Positions 40,200 to 54,469 of a stretch of DNA of 64,000 nt are shown piece after piece. The translations under genes were made by a program, and so were the position numbers. Below the pieces are notes generated by a model that was given only the letters and a program-made list of their open reading frames with translations, was not told the origin of the DNA and did not search any database. Each line of letters begins with the position of its first letter. Within the stretch, counting starts at the first letter, position 1. Source of the DNA: Lama guanicoe. Taxonomy: Eukaryota. Location: contig MU053513.1 of the NCBI GenBank assembly GCA_013239625.1, positions 980,927 through 1,044,926 of the forward strand, written 5' to 3'.

Positions 40200-40420
40200 C
40201 TCAAGGTTTAGTACAAGTCTTCCACATCTCAGCCATGTAATCCTGTATGTATTATTCAACTTCTCTGGCTGTCAGTTTTCTTCTTTGTAAGTGGTAATAA
40301 TAATAACACCCACTTCACAGGATTGTTGCAATAATTATCCGTATTAATACATCTAATTTATTTTGAATGGTGCCTGACACACACTAAATGCTGCATAAGA
40401 ATGAGCTATAATTATAATTA
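40200..40420 (+). mobile_element. MIR fragment
   Basis: cagttttcttctttgtaa..taataacacccacttcacaggattgttg..gtgcctgacac. Confidence 0.65.
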
Positions 40421-42139
40421 TCAGGGCATACATAAACCATGATTTGACTCTGTTTTTTTGTTTTTTGGTTTTTTTATTCATCAACCCAATAGAATAAAGT
40501 GGTTCTTCTTATAATTACAGCCTTTTAGAAGAACAAGGTATTCAACAAAGCCACATTTTTAGATCTTAAGCATGACGTTTCCTTTAGACATTTGTTCATA
40601 AACTGACTTCTGCTATCCCTGAAGCTCCCACACTTACAAACATTTGTAATATTTGTACAGCAACCCTGCTTTTATTGCTATTCATCAATATTTTCCATCT
40701 TCCATGGGGGCCATAATATCACTGACCACAAGAATATCAGAGGAAAATTCTGCTGGAGATCCTTTCTTTAAAGATAAGTGTTTTTCTTTTCTGAAAAAAA
40801 CTACACACAAGATGATGATTTAGTGCTTCTAACTGCAGAAGATTCATTTACATGTCCCTCTAAGTGTGGCTTTTCTTTTAGATCCAAGTTTCTTATAAAT
40901 TATTTACTTCTCTTGTGCACACATGAAGGGCAGAGGGATAGATGCTAATGCTGCCTTTAGTAGAGGAATTTGAGGAATAGTTAAATACTCCAGTTTCATG
41001 TTAATGTCATCTGATGCTTTTAACTCCAACAATGATTTGAATTTTTTGTATAATTCAGGATGTAAAAATAAATTTGTTGAAAGTTGGTTATGTAGAAAAT
41101 AAAATATCTGACTTTTTTTATGAATACTTTTCTTAATTCAATGAGAAAGTTTAGCACTACAGCAACAAAACAAGTACAAATATTGAAGAAGAATAGCATA
41201 ATTGTACCAATATTCTTATTAAGTTAAAAACAGAGAGATTGTTAAGTTGGTTTATCATGCACATACTATTTTATTAGCATTTAAACAGACAACATTGTTC
41301 TTCTATAAATAAAAGCAATAGCTATAATCGGCAAAATTTACAAACATACACACATATACATGTAGAATAACTACAGAATTTTTTTCTGATTAAGCTAATG
41401 TTAAGTACAACAAAATGCGTTTCTCTCTGAGACTGTGTAACATTATTTTTGCTACCCACATCAATATTTTGGAAGTGATTGAGTTTTTAAAAAACTACTC
41501 TGTCAATCAAGCTAAATGTCCTACAATGGTGTTGAACATTTTTTAAAAGACTCTCTAATGTTGATATTTTTTTCAAAACAAGAAATTAGAAATACGTAAA
41601 GTGTTCAACAAGTGAATCCCCTTCCAAATTTCAGATCTGAAAATACTAGCAAATTGAAATTATTGACAGCTTGCAAACAAGAACACATTGAAAGTGTCAC
41701 CACTTTCAAATTAACCATATAGTGCAAATATGAAGATTCTTTGGAAAAAATTTAAAAATAAAATTAATAAACCTATGGTAAAAGTATATACTTCAAAAAA
41801 GTACCAGTAGCATAGTATTAGAAATAAATTTGACTAAACCATAGCTAAAGTAGGTGAAAATGTATCAAAAATAATTATTCAAGTTATGTTAACTTTTTAA
41901 GTAAGATATTTATTTTTTAAATTTTGCTTTAACAAACATTGTTTTGGAAGAAAATTTTGGTTTGAAATACTTCTTGAATATGATTATCTTATGTCTACAA
42001 ATAAAGTTAATTTAATTTGTTCATTCACAGTGCATATTTTAAAGTCATATTATCTTGATTAGTTTGAATGTCCTCCTTCACACCTCAAAGTGTTTGGTTT
42101 GGAAGATAAATGTATGCTCACCTTACTTATAAACCTTGT

Positions 42140-43700
42140 AAGGTTTTGGCTTTTACTCTGATGAGAATAAAAAAAAAACATATAGAGCTAAGGAGTGGTA
42201 TGATACAGCTTACTGATTATTTAGAGAGAACACACACGTTCTTCTATATTCTAGGATCATTTTGTCAGCTACAGTGATCGATTTTAGAAGATGAGGTTTG
42301 CTCACAGGAGGTAAAAAGATTGTGAGTCCAGTTTGAAACATTAAAGTTGAGATGCCTATTAAACATCTTAGTGATACTGGCAAGAAAGTAGTTGAATATG
42401 TATGAGTGAAGTACAGAAAAGTACTCATCTGGAGATGTAACTGTGAAAATCATTAGGTATTTAGATAGCACTTAAGCCCAGAATATTGGACTAGCTTATC
42501 CAGGAATGAATCTATGCAAAGAACAAAAGAAGCTGAGAAACTAAATCTTAAGGCCTCTCCCATTTATAGATAGAAAAGCCAACAAATGAAACTGAAGAGG
42601 AGTGACCGGTGTTAACAGTAGGAAATCCAGAGCAGCAGGATGTACGGGAAAGCAAGCAAAGGAAACGTTTCAACGAGGCAAGTGATCAACTTTATGAAAT
42701 GGCACTGATGAGCCAAGTAAGATGGGAAGTGAGAATTGACCTTGGACTTAGCCATGTAAAGGTCATAGTTGACCTTGACAATAGCTATCAGGGTGAAGTA
42801 GTGAAGGCAAAAGATTGACTAGAGAAATAAAATAATATGGTGTCTGAAATTTGCTTTTATGCACTTTAGCTGAAAAAAAAAAGAGAGAGAGAGAAGAGAA
42901 TTGATGTAGATAGTATGGCAAGTAATTGTTCAATCTAGGTTATAGGAATATAGGATTTCATTATCCTATTCTCTCTACATTTATGTATGTTTCATTTTTT
43001 CAAAATAAAAACCTTAAAAGTGAAGGGTAAAAGCATAGAGTCGGAGAAGCAATTATATACAACCTTTCTGCATGTTTAGTTAGAAGCAGGAGACAAAAAA
43101 CGGAGAGCTCTGGGGTGCTAGCTGGAGAAGTAGAGTCAGGAGAAATTTCTTTCCTAAAACACATGAAAAAATATTACTTATTTGTATAATGATAATAATG
43201 ACTCAATAGAGAGAGAAGATTGATGTTTGCAAAAGAAAAGGGGAAGAAAGGCTGGAAAGATACTAAGTGGATAAGATAGGAGGGGATCCAGTGGAGGGTT
43301 TAGCTTTAGATAGAAGCACAGCATAATTGTAGGAGGGATGTAGGACCTATGGACACAGTTTAAACTAACTGGTTATGGGGGTGGAAGACGTGTATCGTCT
43401 TTATTCCAGTTGTTTCTCTTTTCCTAGTGAAATAAGCAAGGCTATAGACTGAGAGTGAAGATGATAAGAGTGTTTTAAATTTAAGAAGCAGCGGGAAATA
43501 GCTAGGAGAGCAGACGGCTGGAAGGATTACGAGTTCCGGTGGACTGGGCATATAGTTGTGAGCTTTGTTTTCTCCACTGCGGACAGGAGCCCCAGTGTAG
43601 GGGATGAGCATGGAGAGAGTTGAATTCATCTAGGGTTCAGAGTTTTGGGACTTGCACCCTACAGGGCAAGACAATGAAGGCTACATGTAAGGCATAAGAA
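42140..43700 (-). mobile_element. L2 with nested L1ME 3' end (+, about 42830-43020)
   Basis: aagttgagatgcctattaaacatc..gagaattgaccttggacttagc (L2); ttatcctattctctctacatttatgtatgttt (L1ME). Confidence 0.65.
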
Positions 43701-43859
43701 GAAGAGACAGTAAAAAAGGTTATAGATTAAACAGACTGTATGTCTCAGTAGGATGAACAGCATAACAGGGACGAGAATCTGGGTGATGAATGTATTTGTA
43801 TGTTGACTGCATTACAGTGTAAAAGTCGGTTCATTAAAATATCACAAAAGTGGAAGGAG

Positions 43860-44880
43860 AGTCTAAAAATTGGAAAAAATATTTAATTTTTGTATTCATG
43901 TAGATTTACATACAACACACTGTACAGATGTCTAAAAAAACTCCTAAAAACTATAAGAAACAAGCACAATGCAGTAGCAATTTATGAGAGGCCAAAAAAA
44001 ATCACATGAAATGATGGTCCACTTTCCTAGTAATTAAGAAAAAGATTAGAATCACCATAAAATGCCATTTCATAATAGTGAAGTTGGCACAATGTTTAAA
44101 GCTGCTATATTAAGCTGTAATATTTCAAACATTGGAAAAGTAGAGAAGCCTCAGGTGCATTTATACATTACTGTAGAATTGGGAATTGGTGTGCTCTCTT
44201 GGAAGGATGTGTAAGATAGCATTTTTTGGAAAGAAAGGAAGGAAGAAAGGGAAGGAAGGAAGGAAGAAGGGAAGAGAAAGGAAGGAAAGGAAGGAAGGAA
44301 GAAATGAAGGAAGGAAGGAAGGAAGAAATGAAGGAAGGAAGGAAGGAAGGAGGGAAGGAAAGAAGGAAGGAAAGAAGGAAAGAAGGAAAGAAGGAAGGAA
44401 GAAAAGAGAAAAGAAAAAAAGAGAAGAGAAGAGAGAAAGGAAGGAGGGAAGGAAGGAAGGAAGAGAAACCATTTAAATATCTGTAGCAAGAGAATGGATA
44501 AACAAATGTTGGTATATTCATACCATAGAGGAAAGGAATGAATATAGATAAATCTCACAAACATAATGTTGGATAAAAAAAATGAAGTTGCGCATTGAAA
44601 CCAATCATATAAAGATTGAATTATTCAAAACAACGCTATGTATTACTTAGGGAGACATACATAGTTGGAAAACTATAAAGAAATTCATTACAGTGCTCAA
44701 TCACAGTGTTAGGATAATGGTTCCTTCTAGGGGAGAGAAGGGCTGTGAACAGGAAAGATCGGGGAAGGAGATGTAACTGTACTGGGAAAGTGTTTTCCTG
44801 AGCTTGGTGGTGCATGGGTACTTGACATAATATTCCTGGTATCTTTTTGGATGTATTAAATGTTAAATTTTAAACCTAAA
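43860..44880 (+). mobile_element. Old L1 (L1ME-like) split by a GGAA repeat
   Basis: gaatggataaacaaatgttggtatattcatac..aaatctcacaaacataatgttgga..aggataatggtt. Confidence 0.7.
44228..44468. repeat. Pure-purine (GGAA)n/(GAAA)n compound repeat
   Basis: About 240 bp almost entirely A/G; explains the six overlapping low-complexity ORFs. Confidence 0.97.
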
Positions 44881-45061
44881 AATCAATACTGTATTGTTCA
44901 GCAACATCAGAACTACCATAGTAAGAGAGTCTTTTTTCTTTCTGTTCTTTCTTTGTCTTACCCTCCTACCCCTTCAGCTTTTCCTTCTTGCTCCCTCACT
45001 CCGACATCTATGGCTCATTCTCTGCTGGGTTCCAGGTCCTGTGCTTCAGAAATGCACGCAT

Positions 45062-45400
45062 TTCTTTCGTTTTTTTTTTTTAATTAAAGTTTAGTCAGTT
45101 TACAATGTTGTGTCAGTTTCTGGTGTACAGCAGGGTGTTTCAGTCATACATGTACATACATACATTCATTTTTTTAATCTTTTTCATTATAGATTGCTAC
45201 AAGATATTCAATATAGTTCTCTGTGCTATACAGAAGAGTCTTGTTTATCTATTTTACATATAGTAGTTAATATTTGCAAATCTCAAACTCCCAATTTCTC
45301 CTTTCCCTCCCCTTTTCCCTCCAGTAACTGTAAGTTTGCTTACTATGTCTGTGAGTCTGTTTCTGTTTTGTAAGTAAGTTCATTTATTTGTTCTTTTTTG
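45062..45400 (-). mobile_element. Camelid-type L1 3' end
   Basis: poly-T, agtcagtttacaatgttgtgtcagtttctggtgtacagc..tatgtctgtgagtctgtttctgttttgtaa. Confidence 0.9.
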
Positions 45401-47109
45401 AATGTGCAGCCTTTCCCTAGTGTTCTAAATTTTTTAAAGGACCACAGTAAGGAACATGTATATATGGGTAGGTAATTTCCTTGATCTTCAGCATTGAAAA
45501 GGGTAAAAATATTAGAGCAATTATTCTCCTTCGAATTCATCTATTTCTATGAAATCTCATTAGTGAAACCCAATAGCCCTTCCATTCCCTGAGGCAAGCC
45601 AAAACTCTTACCTTAAATCATATATGAAGTTTGACAGACAGACCAATTTTCTAAAAGTTCAAGGTTTTCTATTAAAATTTCTACTCAGGTGATTTTTTGT
45701 TTATTTGTTTATTTCTCTATGAGAAAATGCGCCACTCTAGCTCACAAATATTTGTCATAGGGACCTTAAACTTTCCCTTTCTAATCTCAACTTACCTCCT
45801 TCCAAATTATTAGCCAGTGCCTGGGAATCATTTTAGTCACTTCTCTGAGGACCTGCTGGTAATTTTAGCAGCCATAATGGACAATAACACGTAGTTTCCA
45901 CAAATTTCATTTTCACCTCTACTCTCCCTTTATTTAAACCATCTGTAGGGAGTTCTCTTCTCCTCAGATCAAGTTCATGAATGAATTTGCAGTTGTCATT
46001 TTGATTGGCAGTAGAGCCAGTGTTAGGTTATAAATGACTCAGAATAAAATAGATCTCAAATTTACAGAACTCAGGTTTGCTGCATACCCGTGGAAATTTA
46101 TACAGCACATGTCCTTTGTACTTGATATGCCTCTGTTGCAATTTAAAATGAAAAATAATCATATTGACCTACTAATAAATGCATCTTTCTTTGCCCATTT
46201 AATCAGGATAAGAGATCAGTGTTGCCTCTGTGTAATGTCTAGACATAAGTTTAAATAGGTTAGCAAGTGAATATTTTAAAAAAGAAACTGTTGAGGTTAA
46301 AATTGAATCTCATTTAAGCCATGGAGACAGAGAAGTTTATTGAGAAAGTGCATGTTTTTTCATGAAATAAAATAATAAGATTAGGGCATGAAATCTATGC
46401 ATAGTGTTCAGGTACAAAGCAATTTTAAACTTGATACTGTTGTGTTCCCGCACTGTGTATCCGCAGGGATTTTCGGGATAATGGTAGTAAATGCTAATGG
46501 CAAAGACATAAAGTTTCAAAATACTTTTTAATTGTAAACCAACTATACTTCATTAAAAAACAAACAAAAAACAAAACAAACAAAAATTCTTTTAATAAAC
46601 TGGAATGAGCAAAAGACTAGAAGCCTAGATTCTAATTTCTTATTTATTTATTCATCGACTCATCAATCATTAATTACACATCTACCATGTGCCAGGAACT
46701 TGCTAGGCATTGGGGTGATCAAGGTAAGCAAGACACAGTTGTTGCCGGAAATTGCTGTCATTCGAGTGAAATAAATAAGGTTGCATGACTTTGCCCACAG
46801 CAATCTTTCAATGCCTTCTTTTGTAAAACAGAAAATGTAGGCCCTAAACTAGTCTCATTCGTGTGAGGATCACACATGCATGTGAAAGTTCTGCTTAAAC
46901 TGTTAATCACAAATAGAAACTTCCTGGAAAGGAGACCATGACTTTTTGGATGCCTCCCACGTGGGCAATCCCTTGTAAGCAAAGTAGCTTTGTGCAAGTT
47001 AAGACACCCTTCCTGAGAAGGGTCACATGCATGTGTAATCAGTGCATTGCTATTATTATTTTGAAAAAATTGTTACTCTATAGATCGATTAAGTATGAGA
47101 AAAATCAAA

Positions 47110-47605
47110 GTGTTTATTCCTTTTCCTATGCTCTTTATGTAGTTATAAATTTTTAACCTATATCATTTTCCTTCTTTCTAAATAACTTATTTTAACATTT
47201 CCTGCGATGTCTACTAGCAACAAATTTCCTCAGTTTTTACTTGACAAAGTCTTTATTTATCCTTTACTTTTGAAGGATGATTTCACAGAGTACAGAATTC
47301 TAGATTGTATTTTTTCCTCTCAACACTTTCAATATTCCACGCCACTCTCTCCTTGCTTGCATGATTTCTGAGGAAAACTCAGATGTAAGTCTCATCTTTG
47401 CTCCTCTGTAGGGAAGGTTTCTCCTCTGGCTTCTTTCAGGGTTTTTTCTTTATCTTTGATTTTCCACCATTTGAAAATGTTGTGCCTATGTTTAGTTCTT
47501 CTGGCATTCATCCTGTTTAGTGATCTCTGTGTTTCCTGGATATGCGGTTTTTTGTCTGATGTTAATTTTGAGAAATTCTGTTATTGTTATTTTAAATATT
47601 TCTTC
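47110..47605 (-). mobile_element. Old L1 fragment
   Basis: ctagcaacaaatttcctcagttt..tttgaaggatgatttcacagagtacagaattctag..ccactctctccttgcttgc. Confidence 0.75.
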
Positions 47606-47639
47606 TTCTCCTACTGGGAAAGGCAGTCTCATGTGCCCA

Positions 47640-48090
47640 GTCTTCTGACTCCCACTTAGTCACATAAGCTTGGATCTGGGACCTGGAACACTTCCTGGCT
47701 GAGATATAGAGAACCCCCATGGGCTGTGTTAGGCTTAACAGCTCATAGAAGAATATGTTTCCCTGTTTTATGTCAATGTGTGAGTACTTTGAAGGGTGTG
47801 AGTCTTATGGCATCTAGTCAACCCCACTGTTACACCTATCCTCTGTAGAAAAACTGGGGTCCCTCTACTGTGTCATGAGAAGGGTGTGTGTAGGCAAATT
47901 GCCCTGAATCCGCTGACAGGAGAGACCAGCTGGTCATGGGGTACTGAAGCTCACTATTGAATCTTGTGCTGTGTCTTCTCTGTGTAAGCAAAGCTTTGTT
48001 CCATCCAGTGCTTAATTGTGTTGTGTCTTTCTCAGTGACTCTGATATCAAGATGCAGTGGGCAGAAGTGTTTAGACTTCTACTCCTTGTG
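47640..48090 (+). mobile_element. ERVL-type LTR (MER74-like)
   Basis: ggggacctggaacacttcc..gcaaagctttgttccatccagtgct..caagatgcagtgggcagaagtg; subfamily uncertain. Confidence 0.5.
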
Positions 48091-48579
48091 GTTGGCATAG
48101 TGATGATCTTTGCTGTTCCCCGTGTAGTTCGAATCCTCTCCTTGGATTAGTAGTTGGTTCATGATGTTCTGCTCAACATGTTCTTTCTCTGTTAAGACAG
48201 ACACAGCTAAAATGGAGTAGAATTCTATTGTAAAGGAATATGGGCCTCTGCTAGACAACATTCTATGTGCCTGGCCCTGGACTATGTTATGTGGCATCTC
48301 CATGGTCTTATGCATGCCAGTAGCTGCTAGAATGTCTTTCTTTTAAAAGGGAGAAAAAGTTAAATGGCAGGCATTTGTACAATTTCCAGCCCAAGTTGTC
48401 TCTCAAATAATAATAAGCAATAGAAAGGGAAAATAGGAATATAATGTAGGTAATAGAGGAAATACAAAATAAAATTTTATTATATACTCTTCATCTTATA
48501 AAGATTAATATATATGGTGCTAATGGACTTACTATAAGACCACGATTTATCATATGATCTCTAAATTTCTTTTAGCTTT

Positions 48580-48715
48580 TGTTTGTTTTTAAAACAACTT
48601 TATTATAGTATAGTTTCTGTACAGTAAACTACACATATTTCAAATGTATAATATGATAAATTTTCATAATCAGATGCATACACCTGAGAAATCACCACAA
48701 TCAAGATACCTATAT
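48580..48715 (-). mobile_element. L1MB-like 3' end
   Basis: aacaactttattatag..acagtaaactacacatatttcaaatgtata..accacaatcaagata. Confidence 0.65.
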
Positions 48716-48759
48716 TCAAATACATAATTTTTCTTGAATTAATTAGGCCTTTATACTTT

Positions 48760-48881
48760 ATTTGGGGGTCTGGTAGTTAGGTTTATTTATTTATTTATTT
48801 TTAGAGGAGGTCCTGGGGATTGAACCCAGGATCTTGTGTATGCTAAGCATGTGCTCTACCACTTGAGCTATATCCTCCCCC
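48760..48881 (-). mobile_element. tRNA-derived camelid SINE (Vic-1-like)
   Basis: ggaggtcctggggattgaacccagg..tgctaagcatgtgctctaccacttgagctatatcctccccc; reverse strand has tRNA A/B boxes. Confidence 0.85.
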
Positions 48882-49393
48882 TTTGTTAGCTTTTATTGAA
48901 TTTTTAAAATCTAGATTTAGCATGGTAAATGTAAGTTTTTGCTAACAGATAAAAATCCCAAGAGAAGGATAAAGTCAGAATTTGTTATCCTCCTACTGAG
49001 AGCATTTTGGAAACACTTTTATTTCCATACATATACTAAAATAATTTACTTTCAAGTGAAGATATTTTTTTAAAAGAATAATGATGCCTCCATACTCCTG
49101 TAGCTGAGTTCTTACTCTCAGTTCTCTGAGAAAAGGTCATAGTTTCTCACTGAACTGTTAAGTCAATTAGAGAAAAGACAATTCTAAATTAGGTCTCCTC
49201 AGAAATGTAAAGGTTGCTGGAAGGAAAAGGATGGTTGTTGCACAGTAGGAGCTAAAGAGGGAGGGGAGGCTGGAGAGGTTCTCAAAAATTGGCTTAAAGT
49301 GTCATGATATACTGCAGTTCTAATACTGTTTTACTCTGCATGGGAGACTGTCATTAGAGAGGTGATTGATTTGTCTTTAGAGATATATTCATA

Positions 49394-49520
49394 AGGAAGG
49401 GGGAGAAAAAAGGAAGAAAGGAAAGAAGAAAGGAAGAACAAAGGGGAGGGAAAGAAGGAGGGAGGGAGGAAGAGATGGAGGGGAGGGAGAAGAATTGGAA
49501 AGGGAAACGAGAGGAGGAAC
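49394..49520. repeat. GA-rich low-complexity tract
   Basis: Direct inspection. Confidence 0.85.
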
Positions 49521-49819
49521 ACCTGGAAAGGACTCGCCAGTCTCTGCACTTACCTTGGAGGCTCTGATAATAAGAATACCTTGCACTCAATTAACTCTCC
49601 TTCAACAGATTCTCTATTATCTCATTTTCCAATTTACACAGTAATTCAGACAAATAAACCAGGCAAATATATTCTCTGTGCTGAAGAGTTGCCTTGTTAA
49701 GCTATTTGCAAGTTAAGACAGAGTTTAGTCAAAGCCAGACAGAGGTCTAGATCTCCTAATCCTCCTTCATTTTTGCAAATTTTTCAAAGGCTTAATATGT
49801 AGCAGTTCAGATACATAGG

Positions 49820-49885
49820 GGTAACTGAATCACTACGCTGCACACCAGAAATGAACACAACACTGTAAGTCAACTATACTTCAAG
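49820..49885 (+). mobile_element. Short L1 3' end
   Basis: taactgaatcactacgctgcacaccagaaatgaacacaacactgtaagtcaactatacttcaa. Confidence 0.8.
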
Positions 49886-52604
49886 AAGGAAAGAGAGACT
49901 GTGGCAATAATCCAGGAGGAAGATGGTGATGCTCAAACTACAGCAGTAGCAGTGGAGGGAGGGCAGTGCCCAACTTGGAACATATGTTGAAGGTATTTGC
50001 CAGAGAAGTCCTGACTGGGCAGAGTATAAACTGGGGGGTTATGTTACTTAAAATTGATGTAACTAAAATTTCCATGAATGAATCAGGAAACAAGGAGATA
50101 ATTATTGGCTGACTCTAAATCAATAAAGTAAAATATCAACATAATATCTTGAGAGCAGATAAGTACATGTTAGCTATTTAATGAGCATCACTGTCTTGCA
50201 GATTTGTTGCACAGAAGCAAACCTTCTTCTGTAATTAAATAAGAATTGTCAATGACAAACACAAAATGACTCATTTTCATAAAAATTCAGCATGCACGTC
50301 CAGGGAGGGGGCAGTTGGGAAGGATCATTACTTTTCAGAGACATAAAAAATCGGTACAACAATTGTAAACAAGTTAGAGCTATGAAATAAGTGATAAACT
50401 GAAAGCTATATTCAAGGTATTATTGTTTTGGAGCCATGTAAATTTTTTCATCAAAAAAAGTAAATAAAAATTTTTAAAAAACTATTATGACTCTGATACA
50501 CTCAAATGATAATGATACTTTAATCAAGCCATCTCTACCTGAAAGATGCTCTTTTTCATTCCCCTGAATCAGCTAATTTGCTACTATCTCCCCTGCCCTT
50601 TCCCTAATCTTGCATCACTCAATTACTCTCCTTCAAGGCTATGGTTAGCTGTGTTTTTCTTTAAAAACATGCCCTAAAAAAGGCTATTTTTATTACTGCT
50701 AGTGATGTTTCCATGACTACACTTTCCAACACTGCTTGTAATTTCTTTCTTTCTCTAACTGTACCTTTTCTCAATCTCATTAGGATTTATTCTTGCATCC
50801 AGTTTGGGATCTAAGGGAGAGATTTGAAAGCAGACATCAGTGTCCTTGGTTTAAGAGAAACATCCATAGCATAATTATTTTTCAGAGTCTTAGACAATAA
50901 TCTTGACCTCAGAGGGTGATATTTAAGTAAAGCTATGTCTATACATATCTCAATTTTCACTGGCAGGCTAAACCTGATGTAAGCCATTAATGGGTCACAT
51001 AATACAATTGGACAATCACTAGTTCCACTATACTACTTCCAATAGAACTGAATTATTTTCCCAGTTTTAATGCCAAATGCTTTCATGATACTTACCCCGA
51101 TTCTTAAATCCCCTGTGTTTCTGTGAAAAGAAGCTTATAGTGCTCTCCTTAGATGTAAATAATACCATGTCTTTGAAGAAAACTTTAAAGGCTTAAAGTA
51201 CATTGTTGATGCATTAAAAATTGCCTCTCTGTTTATTGCAAGAAACAATGGCCTACATACTTTTGTGGGATATTTAATGACATTGAATTTGGGATCATTA
51301 TCTGTAGAATGAAGATAATAACACCTACCTTAAAGTGCTGTGTGATTATAGGAGATGATGTAGATGAAATCCCATGAATCACAAACATAGAGTAGTTATC
51401 ATAATAACATGGATTAACTAACAATTGACAGAATAAATATATATACAAACGTTTCTACGGGGATACGTTTTATATAAGGCAGGCATTGGCCCAAGCTTAG
51501 GTGCAACATGAAAGCAGATTGAAATAATGAAACAGGCAAAAATGTATGACAATAAGGATAACTAACAGACTGGATGTCATATAGTCTACCTAACAATATT
51601 GAAGTTAAAATGTTTTTCAGTTAACAATGCCTAATTAAGACAATACATGGGTCAAATTTGGCCAATGACCTAACAGTAATATCCGAATTAGAGAGATGCC
51701 TCTAATTTTGGTTTGGATACTGGTGCACATATAAAGAATGGGCATGGTTGGGATAGTTATTACAACACTTCAAGGTTACCAGAGTGGAAACGACTCAGAC
51801 TCCAGCAGACAGGAGAGAGTGATGGTGGAGCACTAAGGGCAGAGATTCAGTTGGGCTCAGCAGGCGTCTTAAACAGAAGAGATTTAGTAGGAGGGATTAA
51901 TTGCCCAAGTGTCAGGTAACTAAAAGAGCACCAAGGGAGTACGGCAGTAATTCGGTGGTTATTACTGCAGAAGCTACCACATTCAGGTCTGAAAGAACAA
52001 AAGGGGAGGTGTGGGGTTACGAGATTCCAGAAGTTGGAGGAAAAGTGCCACAGAGGTGATGCTTAGTGTTTTGAGGAAGTAGGAATGTTTCATTCTTGAT
52101 GGTCCATGAGGTCACAAGGCTGTGTCGGAGTGAAGAAGAAGGCTAGAGGCTGGGGGCACCAACTACCGCTAGAGCAACGCTGATAGGGACAGGACAGCAT
52201 GAAGAAGGCACCTTCTTCCTCTCTCTAACCTCCAGTCTCTCTCTAGCACCTCCTTCTGCCAAAGCTGAGAGAAAGCCAGGTAGCACGGAAGTCTGGAAAT
52301 CTAGTTTGCAGAATCTCAGCCCTCCAGTCAGTGACCTTGGGTTGGCTTAGACTGGAACACAGTAGGTAAATAACTGGCCCATGATCTTTTTCTCTGCCAA
52401 ACTTGATGACTCTTTTTTATGATAGTAGAAACAAATAATCTCACTGGTAAGTTGGGTTAAAGGCGACTGCTCACACTGGACCCGGAGTGTTATGAAGCTC
52501 TTTCCTCTGGAACAGCAAAGCTCTGGTTGAAGCACATCTCACTCTCACCCCTGTGGCCTTTTTCAAAAGTCAATTCACCTTGTGCTAAAACTAGAAGGAA
52601 ACCG

Positions 52605-53222
52605 CATATACTAGTTTTCCATTGCTTCGGAACCGCTTACCTCAAAACAAACTTAAAACCTTAGAACAACGTGAATTTATTGTCTCACAGTTTCCATGGC
52701 CCAAAAGTCTGGGTGCTAGTTAGCTGGGTCCTCTGCTCAGGAGCTGGTGAGGCTGAAATCAAGTTGTCAGACACTCTCTGATTCTCGCCTGGGGCTCTAG
52801 ATCCTCTTCCAAGCTCACTGGTTGTTGGAAAAGCTCATTTTCTTGTGATTATAGAGCTAAGGTTCCTGTTTTCTCGACAGCTATTGGCAAGGGACTTCTC
52901 TCTGCTGCCAGAACCCACTTCTCTCCGTCAGCAGGTCACAGCACAGCTGCCTGTTTTCTCTGAGTTAAGCTGGATCGTGTCTTTCTGACATCTTCCTCTA
53001 ATCTTAGCTGGAGAAAGTCTGCCCTTTTGAAGTGCTTTCCTGGTTAGGTCAGGTCTACCCAGGATAATCTCCTTTATGCCATATAATGTTACATAACCAA
53101 GACAGTGATGTCTTATCATATTCACAGGTTGTACCCACACTCGAGGGAAGGAGATTATGCTGGACATGTACACCAAAGGGTGGGACTCTTGGGGGCCAAC
53201 TTCGGATTCTCCCATCACACCC
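52605..53222 (-). mobile_element. MaLR LTR (MLT1E/F-like)
   Basis: actagttttccattgct..atttattgtctcacagtttcc..cctcttccaagctcactgg..gggggccaacttcggattc. Confidence 0.8.
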
Positions 53223-53394
53223 TATTACGATCTTAGGCAAAGACTTGTTCTTTTTAGAAAGTCTTATGATGGAACCCTATGTTTTGACTAACAAAGCTCT
53301 TATCCACTTTACATCTTGTGTTTGTTTGTTTGTTTGTTTTGACAGAATAAATTTCTCTTGTTTTAAACCACCTAGGTTGTGGTGACTTGTTTGT

Positions 53395-53555
53395 TTGTTT
53401 TTTAATTGAAGTGTAGTCAGTTTACAATGCTGTGTCAATTTCTGGTGTACAGCCCAATGTTTCAGTCATACATATGCATTCATACATATATCTGTTTTCA
53501 TATTATTTTTTATTATAGGTTACTACAAGATATTGAATATAGTTCCCTGTGCTAT
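53395..53555 (-). mobile_element. Camelid-type L1 3' end
   Basis: ttgaagtgtagtcagtttacaatgctgtgtcaatttctggtgtacagc..atatagttccctgtgcta. Confidence 0.9.
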
Positions 53556-54094
53556 CTTGTCTTTGTTCTTAATCATTCAAAAATATTTAGAAAAGAAGTG
53601 AGTGGTTAGACTACCTTGAATAAATAAACCCTACATCCTTAAAGTACACCCCAAACTGGTCTTTCAGGACCCAAATACCAGATTAAGATGTTAGAATTAC
53701 TAATATGGCTACGACTGAAGATTTCTGTCCTGTGACCAGACTCCGAGCTGTGTAAGATATTAAAGCATTGTTTGTTTCCTCAGACACAAGGCTGTGGCTG
53801 TGTTTACAGTAGAAAAGATTCACCTTAACATTTCTCCACAATGTCAAATTATACAAGCAGACAATTAAGGCTTATAAAGATTTACATGCTGAGATCAGAA
53901 TAGGTGCCCTCAGTTACCACAGAATGGCAGGCAACTTGAATTTCTGACTCCTCACTGCCCCACATAGAGAGGCTAAGCATTTTGCTAGATCCAAAAAAGA
54001 GTTGCTGCAAGTTGGACAGCGTCAGTGCACAGGTTCTTGAATTCCATTTGAAACTTTAGGCATAGATGTAATACACACATAAATGAAGCCACTG

Positions 54095-54216
54095 ATTTTC
54101 AAAACTACAGAATGCACCATTCACATTGTATTCTATGGAGTTGTCGTCCAGGGGATCCATTCACATGGTAAACAGTGCACATGGCATCTTGGAGTTGGAT
54201 AATGCAGTGGCCCCGA
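54095..54216. mobile_element. MER53/MER45-like hAT MITE
   Basis: ccattcacat repeated twice, ggagttg..gcagtggccc terminal motif. Confidence 0.4.
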
Positions 54217-54469
54217 TTTGAAAACATTCAAGCAATACATTTCTTTACAATTAATAATATTTCTCAGTCTCAACCTTCTTAAAGCCTTTGTAATTACTCT
54301 GTTATAATCAATTTGTTTAATACCATGAATATTTAAGAAGTATGGTTTAAATACTTTCACACCTTTTTCCTTGCTCATTCAAATACATGCAAACCTACAC
54401 AAGTTTTAAAACTAATTCATACTGTATGAGCTGTACATATTGCTTTCACTTGCTATTTCCTCTTAATAA

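Noticed and set aside
44151..44564. Overlapping PSFL-rich and KEGR-rich ORFs
   Set aside because: Translation of the (GGAA)n repeat.
48800..48881. tRNA-like A/B boxes (also 57995-58076)
   Set aside because: SINE heads with A-rich tails, not tRNA genes.
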